Positions 8,049 through 13,114 of a stretch of DNA of 13,114 nt are shown here, one piece after another. The notes beneath the pieces are model-generated. The model saw nothing but the letters and a program-made list of their open reading frames with translations. It made no database searches and was not told the DNA's origin. The translations under genes and the position numbers were made by a program. Every line of letters starts with the position of its first letter. Positions within the stretch are counted from its first letter, which is position 1. The stretch spans positions 1 through 13,114 of the forward strand of contig JANLWX010000141.1 in NCBI GenBank assembly GCA_031364845.1. Direction: 5' to 3'. Source of the stretch: Candidatus Eiseniibacteriota bacterium (GTDB lineage Bacteria; Eisenbacteria; RBG-16-71-46).

Positions 8049-8705
8049 TCACGGTGTGGCGGAATGAACTCCCGAAATCTCTGTGGGCTGGACCACACCG
8101 CCTGACACCACCACGCGCAGGCCTTCTTCGATCGGCCAGTCGAGGTAGATCACGTCCCGCTTCGGCACGTAGTGCACGAAGCCCGACGCGGGGTTGGGCG
8201 TGTGGGGCACGAACACGACTTCCACATCGACGCCGAGCTTGTTGCGGATGTGCGAGCCTGATCGTCCGGTGATGAAGCCGATGCGCCAGATTCCGGGGTG
8301 CGGCCACGGGACGAGGACGACCTGCTTGAACGCCTGCTCCTTCTGGCTGAGCAGCGCTTCTCCGAGCGACTTGGTGGAGCCGTAGACGATCCCGACCCCG
8401 GGAATGCGCGTGAGCAGCCGGTCCCACAACCGCGAGAGCGGGCCTGCGCCGATCCAGGTCGCGACCATGCCGACCAGCAGCAGCAGCAGCAGCGTGGCGA
8501 GCAGCCCGAGTCCCGGAATACGGTGGTAGTCGACGAACTCGAAGCGCATGTAGCGTCCGAGCAGGCTGTCGACCCAATTGAGCAGCCGGAACAGGATCCA
8601 CAGCGTGACCGCGGTCGGCGCGAGCACCAGCAGTCCGGTCAAGAGCCGGGTTTGCAGCCAGCTCACGCGGTGAGATCGGGTCTCTTCGGAATTTCGTGCA
8701 CTCAT
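8049..8705 (-). CDS. DUF502 (COG2928) membrane protein
   Basis: LLTGLLVLAP.AVT.WI, a second TM segment, RIPGVGIVY.STK, VVLVPWP.PG.W.IGFITG, VFVPHTPNPASGF, EEGLRVVVSGG. GGAG upstream. Confidence 0.9.
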   Translation of the reverse strand: MSARNSEETRSHRVSWLQTRLLTGLLVLAPTAVTLWILFRLLNWVDSLLGRYMRFEFVDYHRIPGLGLLATLLLLLLVGMVATWIGAGPLSRLWDRLLTRIPGVGIVYGSTKSLGEALLSQKEQAFKQVVLVPWPHPGIWRIGFITGRSGSHIRNKLGVDVEVVFVPHTPNPASGFVHYVPKRDVIYLDWPIEEGLRVVVSGGVVQPTEISGVHSATP

Positions 8706-8750
8706 GCGCGGGCGGGTCTCCGGGTCGGTGCTCGTTCGATGCGGGCGCGC

Positions 8751-8779
8751 AGTGTAATCGGAGGGCGCGTCGCGGTCAC
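8751..8779 (-). promoter_or_regulatory. Putative internal sigma-70-type promoter for DUF502
   Basis: Minus strand GTGACC (8779-8774) - 17 nt - TACACT (8756-8751), overlapping the ybeY stop. Confidence 0.5.
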
Positions 8780-9282
8780 GCGCGGCGGGATGTCGGTGCG
8801 GTCGCGCGCTTCATGTCTCGCTCCAGCTGGGCCACCGTTACCGCGCCGCGCTTCAGGACCGCGTCTTCTTGCAGACGCATGTGCCGTCGCTCGGCGGCGC
8901 GCTGATGGTCGAGTCCGGCAAGATGCAGCGCACCGTGGATCACGAGCCGCGCGAGCTCGCGGCCTTCGCTCACGCGATAGCGCTTCGCCTGATCGCCCAT
9001 GCGATCGAGTGAGATCACGAGGTCGCCGTTTACGGCCTTCGATCGCTTCGGGGCCGGCGTCTCGCCGGGGCCGGCTTCGTCGTACGAAAAGCTCAGCACA
9101 TCGGTGGCGCGGTCGATGTTTCGCCACTGGCGGTTCAGGGCGCGTAACTCGGCGTCGTCCGTGAGGACGACGGCGATCTCCCCCGCTTTGAGATTCTCGT
9201 GCGCGAGTGTCGCGCGGATCAGTGCGCGCAGCGGCGTGGCGATGCCGCGCATCGTGGGGGGTGCTTTGAGGGTGATGGCCAT
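8776..9282 (-). CDS. ybeY: rRNA maturation endoribonuclease YbeY
   Basis: LNRQWRNIDRATDVLSF, GDLVIS and the IHGALHLAGLDH (H-x3-H-x5-H) zinc motif. Synteny with phoH and the HD gene. Confidence 0.96.
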   Translation of the reverse strand: MAITLKAPPTMRGIATPLRALIRATLAHENLKAGEIAVVLTDDAELRALNRQWRNIDRATDVLSFSYDEAGPGETPAPKRSKAVNGDLVISLDRMGDQAKRYRVSEGRELARLVIHGALHLAGLDHQRAAERRHMRLQEDAVLKRGAVTVAQLERDMKRATAPTSRRA

Positions 9283-9303
9283 CGGAGAAAAGCGAGGGTC
9301 GCT

Positions 9304-9343
9304 AGAAACATCCTCGATGTCGCGAAAGGACGCGACATCGAGG
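9304..9343 (-). terminator. Stem-loop after the 7TM-HD gene; possible intrinsic terminator or mRNA-stabilising hairpin
   Basis: Perfect 13-bp stem CCTCGATGTCGCG (9312-9324) / CGCGACATCGAGG (9331-9343) with a 6-nt loop, 4 nt after the stop. Only a weak U-tract (AUGUUUCU) follows on the minus strand. Confidence 0.55.
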
Positions 9344-9347
9344 GGCG

Positions 9348-11567
9348 TTAGTCACGCCTCGCCTCCACTTCCCGGCCGCGCTTCGGGGCCTCGGGATACG
9401 GTGCCCGCACGTGGAAGATCGCGGTGAGCACCGGAATGAACGATTCACGAATGCGCGCGAGGTCCTGCATCGTGAGGCCGCACTCGTCGAGCTGTCCGTC
9501 GGACACGCGCTCCGAGATGATGCGCGTCACGAGCCCGCGAATGCGGCTCGGGGTCGGCTCTTCGAGCGCGCGCGAGGCGCCTTCGACGCCGTCGGACAGC
9601 ATGAGGATTGCGGTCTCGCGCGAACGCGGTTTGGGACCGGGATAGCTGAAGTCCTCGCGGCGCGCGGACGGATCGAGCTCGAGTGCTTTGTGATAGAAGA
9701 ACGCCATCACCATCGTGCCGTGGTGCTCGGGGATCGCGGCCTGCACGGCGCGCGGCAGGCGCATCTTCTTCGCCAGCTCGAGTCCCTCGGTGATGTGCGA
9801 TTTCACGACCAGCGTGCTCATGCTGGGCGTAAGACGGTCGTGGCGGCTGCGTGAGCTGGCGGGCTCGTTCTCGGCGTAGTACTCGGGCTTCGAGAGCTTG
9901 CCGATGTCGTGGTAGTAGGCCGACACGCGCGCGAGCAGCGAATTGGCGCCGATCGCCTCGGTCGCGGTCTCGGCGAGGCTGCCGACCACCATGCTGTGGT
10001 GGTAGGTGCCGGGGGCCTCGAGCTGCAGGCGCTTCAAGATCGGGCGGTTGAGATCGGACAGCTCGAGCAGCGTGATGTCGGAGGTGAGTCCGAACAGGTG
10101 CTCGACGAACGGCAGCAACAGAAACGCGAGCGTCACGGCCGCGAACGCGCCGACTCCGCCCCACATCACGTCGCGCGCGACGGCGGGGAACGAGTCCGAG
10201 CGCGCGAGATCCCACGCGAGAATCGCGGCGGTGTTGGCGAGCGCGATGGTGAAGAACGCGCGCGCGAAGTGCCAGCGGTGGCGCAGGCGCGAGAGGGAAT
10301 ACACAGCCGTCACGCCGCCCATCACGGCGACCGGCACGAACGCCGCCGGCAACTCGCCGATCGAAGTCACGAGCACGACGAGCAGCAGCGTGTAGACCAG
10401 CGCGGGGCGCTTCTCGAGCAGTGACGCGACCACGAGCGGCGCGAGCGTGATGGGGATCGCGAACGCGTTGAAGCCGAACATCTCGACCTGCGTCACCGCC
10501 GTCACCATCACCACGGCGGCGAGCAGCGTGAACATCGCGAGCATGGCGTTGCTGCGGTAGACCGCGGGCAGCTCGACGCGCAGGTAGGCGACGAACACCG
10601 CGATGAACAGCAGCATCAGCAACATGCGCGCGACCGGCGGGTAGAGGAACTCCGAGGTGCCGCGGCGCGCGAGCTCGAGGTTACGCAGCGATCGAAGCTT
10701 GAGCACCTGATCACGTGTGATGCGCTGGTTGGCATCGACGATCAGCTCGTCCTTCTGGACGTAGCCGACCGTCGCGGGCACCACGCCCTGCGCCTGGATG
10801 CGGCGCCATTCGGTCTCGGCGCGGTCGTAGACGATGTTGGGCTGCGTGAATGCGGTCGCGAGCTCGACCGCGAGCTTGACCGCCGCCGGATCACCGGGAA
10901 ATGCGGCACGCGCCCGGCGCTCGACCAGCGCGAGCGCTTCACGGCGGTCGTAGAACAGCGACGCCGCGCGTGGGCCTTCGGAGTCGCCGTCGCGCAGATT
11001 GACCGACGAGTAGCCGAGGACGCGGTCGTTGCGCTTCTCGGCGACCACCCCGGCCTGATAGATCTCGTTGAACCATCCGCCCAATTCGCTCAACACGCGC
11101 CGCGCGCGGCCCGAGGCGCCGAGGGCCACCGCACTCTCCTCGGCGAGCGGAACGCCGAGCGCCCGAATGCGCGTCGTGCGCTCGCGCGAGTCGAGTTCCG
11201 TATCGAGCACGAGCGCGACCACGCGCTCCTGGAACATCGCGAAGCGATTGAGCATGTCGGACGACACGCGCGAGTCGACCACCAGCACCGGTGCCACCGA
11301 CGCCGCGGCGCGCTCCTGCTGCTGGCGCAGCGCCTGCTCGTCCTTCTCGACACGGAAGTCGTAGGGCGCGACCACGCGCTCGCGCGCGATCTCGCCTTCG
11401 CGGTGACGGTACTTCTCGGGGACGCCGCGTCCGGTCGGGAGTGCTGCGGCCACACCGAGCAGCACGATCACCATCCCGATCCGCGCCGCGTAGTAGCCCC
11501 AGCGGAACGAACGGGCACGATCCGGCAGTGCCGGATGCGGCAGCGAATCCGAATCGGTCATGACCAT
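9348..11567 (-). CDS. pgpH: 7TM-HD (HDIG) membrane phosphohydrolase, PgpH/YqfF-like (putative cyclic-di-AMP phosphodiesterase)
   Basis: N-terminal TM, large extracytoplasmic domain, multi-TM block, then LLELSD.N.P.LKRL..EAPGTYHHS, YYHDIGK, SH..EG, EHHGT, YPGPKP.SRE.AILMLSD.VE.ASR. Lies between phoH and ybeY. Confidence 0.88.
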   Translation of the reverse strand: MVMTDSDSLPHPALPDRARSFRWGYYAARIGMVIVLLGVAAALPTGRGVPEKYRHREGEIARERVVAPYDFRVEKDEQALRQQQERAAASVAPVLVVDSRVSSDMLNRFAMFQERVVALVLDTELDSRERTTRIRALGVPLAEESAVALGASGRARRVLSELGGWFNEIYQAGVVAEKRNDRVLGYSSVNLRDGDSEGPRAASLFYDRREALALVERRARAAFPGDPAAVKLAVELATAFTQPNIVYDRAETEWRRIQAQGVVPATVGYVQKDELIVDANQRITRDQVLKLRSLRNLELARRGTSEFLYPPVARMLLMLLFIAVFVAYLRVELPAVYRSNAMLAMFTLLAAVVMVTAVTQVEMFGFNAFAIPITLAPLVVASLLEKRPALVYTLLLVVLVTSIGELPAAFVPVAVMGGVTAVYSLSRLRHRWHFARAFFTIALANTAAILAWDLARSDSFPAVARDVMWGGVGAFAAVTLAFLLLPFVEHLFGLTSDITLLELSDLNRPILKRLQLEAPGTYHHSMVVGSLAETATEAIGANSLLARVSAYYHDIGKLSKPEYYAENEPASSRSRHDRLTPSMSTLVVKSHITEGLELAKKMRLPRAVQAAIPEHHGTMVMAFFYHKALELDPSARREDFSYPGPKPRSRETAILMLSDGVEGASRALEEPTPSRIRGLVTRIISERVSDGQLDECGLTMQDLARIRESFIPVLTAIFHVRAPYPEAPKRGREVEARRD

Positions 11568-11600
11568 GCGGGCGGCCGTTCGTTCGTATTCAGAAGATGA

Positions 11601-12725
11601 CTAGTGCGAAGGGCGCCGATGTCCACCGGGATCGTCGCGCAAGCCGTCGTCGATGTCGCGCGGATCGTCCGTGCGGGCATGGCCCTCGGGGCCGTGCGGG
11701 CCGTTCAGCCCGTCGCCGACCTCGGTGCCCGGCTCGTGCGAATCTCCGACGCCATCATCAGCCTTGCCGTGCGTGCGCGCATGATACTTGTCGAACGCGC
11801 GGATGATATCGCGCACCAGGCGATGGCGCACGACGTCCTCCGGATGGAAGTAGATGAACTTCACGTCCGGCACCGGGCTCAGGATGGTCTGGATCTTCAC
11901 GAGGCCCGACGCGGTCGGATCCTTGAGATCGATCTGCGTGACGTCGCCCGTGATCACGACGCGCGTGTTCACGCCCATGCGGGTCAGGAACATCTTCATC
12001 TGTCGCACGGTCGTGTTCTGCGCTTCGTCCAAGATCACGAACGAGTTGTTGAGCGTGCGCCCGCGCATGAACGCGAGTGGAGCGATCTCGATCACGCCCA
12101 GCTCCATGAAGCGCCGCATCTTGTCGTACGACATGAGATCCGCGAGCGCGTCGTACATCGGGCGCAGATAGGGATCGACCTTCTCCTGCATGTCACCCGG
12201 CAAAAAGCCGAGGCTCTCGCCCGCTTCCACGGCCGGCCGCACCAGGATGATGCGCTCGACCTTCTTCTGACGCAGAGCGTTCACCGCCGCCGCGACCGCG
12301 AGGTAAGTCTTGCCGGTGCCCGCGGGTCCGATCGCGAACACGATCTCGTGATCCTGGAGCGCCTTCAGATATTCGGCCTGCATCGGCGTGCGCGCCTTCA
12401 CACTCTTGCGCTCGAACGACCAGCCGGGTGCGCCTTCGTACGACTCGGTCAGCGACTTGCCGTTGCCGTTGCGCCGGCCTTCGCCGAGCGCGGTCGCAAC
12501 GTCGGCCTCTTCGATCACCTTGCCCCGCTCGGCGAGATCGATGAGGTCCTTGAGCGCGTGCGAAGCGGACTCGACCGGGTCGTGGTCGCCCGCAACCGTG
12601 ATCGTGCCCTCGCGCAGCGTGAGGCGCACGGCAAGGCTACGCTCGATGTGACGCAGGTTCGAGTCGTTGTGTCCGAGCAGCGTGATCGGGTCGAGATGCT
12701 CGATGGGAAACTTGCGAACGATCAC
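11601..12725 (-). CDS. phoH: PhoH-family ATPase (YbeZ/PhoH1 type with N-terminal KH-like region)
   Basis: GPAGTGKTYLA Walker A, RIILVRPAVEAGESLGFLPGD, DPYLRP.YDAL, APLAFMRGRTL, ILDEAQN, GDVTQIDL, DVVRH.LV. GTG start with GAGGA upstream. Confidence 0.96.
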   Translation of the reverse strand: MIVRKFPIEHLDPITLLGHNDSNLRHIERSLAVRLTLREGTITVAGDHDPVESASHALKDLIDLAERGKVIEEADVATALGEGRRNGNGKSLTESYEGAPGWSFERKSVKARTPMQAEYLKALQDHEIVFAIGPAGTGKTYLAVAAAVNALRQKKVERIILVRPAVEAGESLGFLPGDMQEKVDPYLRPMYDALADLMSYDKMRRFMELGVIEIAPLAFMRGRTLNNSFVILDEAQNTTVRQMKMFLTRMGVNTRVVITGDVTQIDLKDPTASGLVKIQTILSPVPDVKFIYFHPEDVVRHRLVRDIIRAFDKYHARTHGKADDGVGDSHEPGTEVGDGLNGPHGPEGHARTDDPRDIDDGLRDDPGGHRRPSH

Positions 12726-12861
12726 AGGAGAATCCTCGTGGGGCTTGCGAGTGCAGCCGTGGGGATCGGCTGCGGGGTGCCGATGACCGCGTTCATGGCG
12801 CGACGAAGGAGAACAGCCCGGTTCCCTTCGTCAATGGCCGCGCCCGAACAGAGGTCGCCGG

Positions 12862-12913
12862 AAAACACAAAACTCTTGACCGGTCGCCCCGATGAACGGG
12901 TCTGGCCAAGAGT
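12862..12913 (-). terminator. Terminator-like hairpin within the phoH leader
   Basis: Minus strand ACUCUUGGCC (12913-12904) pairs with GGUCAAGAGU (12881-12872; 10 bp, one G-U) around a further paired interior, followed directly by UUUGUGUUUU. Confidence 0.55.
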
Positions 12914-13032
12914 GGATTCGACGTCGATATGACGGCGGCTGACGTTCATCAACCTTTTGTCGTCCAGTGACTTACCCTCGTCTCGTGAGCTCGGCAGCGC
13001 GGGTCGCGATTCGTGTCCGAGACGGCGCGTTC

Positions 13033-13062
13033 AAGCTAACACCAGGGGTATAGGCCGGTCAA
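13033..13062 (-). promoter_or_regulatory. Putative sigma-70-type promoter with extended -10, upstream of the phoH leader
   Basis: TTGACC (13062-13057) - 18 nt - TAGCTT (13038-13033), with TG one base upstream of the -10. Confidence 0.55.
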
Positions 13063-13114
13063 TGGGATGCAGTGCGAGGAGTGTGTGCTCGACTGCGGTA
13101 TCGGCGGGGGTTGG

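Noticed and set aside
7870..9164. ORFs 7870-8601 (-) and 8298-9164 (+)
   Set aside because: They overlap DUF502/ybeY in alternative frames and have low-complexity Arg-rich translations.
11604..12932. 442-aa plus-strand ORF
   Set aside because: Antisense mirror of phoH.
12860..13060. 6S RNA, tRNA or ydaO c-di-AMP riboswitch
   Set aside because: No end-to-end rod with a central bubble, no cloverleaf or T-loop, and no ydaO conserved motifs by eye. A cmscan run is needed to exclude these formally.

Overview
High-GC bacterial chromosomal window. The minus strand carries the conserved housekeeping cluster phoH - 7TM-HD phosphodiesterase (PgpH-like) - ybeY - DUF502 - [insert] - recO - glyQ - glyS (glyS runs off the left edge). 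Between DUF502 and recO is a ~5 kb two-gene accessory block. The first gene, on the plus strand, encodes a ~1.4k-aa exported protein with a signal peptide, a Cys/His-rich beta-propeller-like head, eight 99-100 aa cadherin/Ig-like repeats and a FlgD-Ig/T9SS-type-A-like C-terminal domain; a near-consensus sigma-54 promoter lies upstream. The second is a convergent archaemetzincin (peptidase M54) with a lipoprotein signal. Upstream of phoH is a ~300-nt structured leader with a candidate terminator/antiterminator pair. The C-terminal domain style and GC content suggest an FCB-associated candidate phylum such as Eisenbacteria, but this is inference only. No rRNA, tRNA, CRISPR array or transposase was seen.
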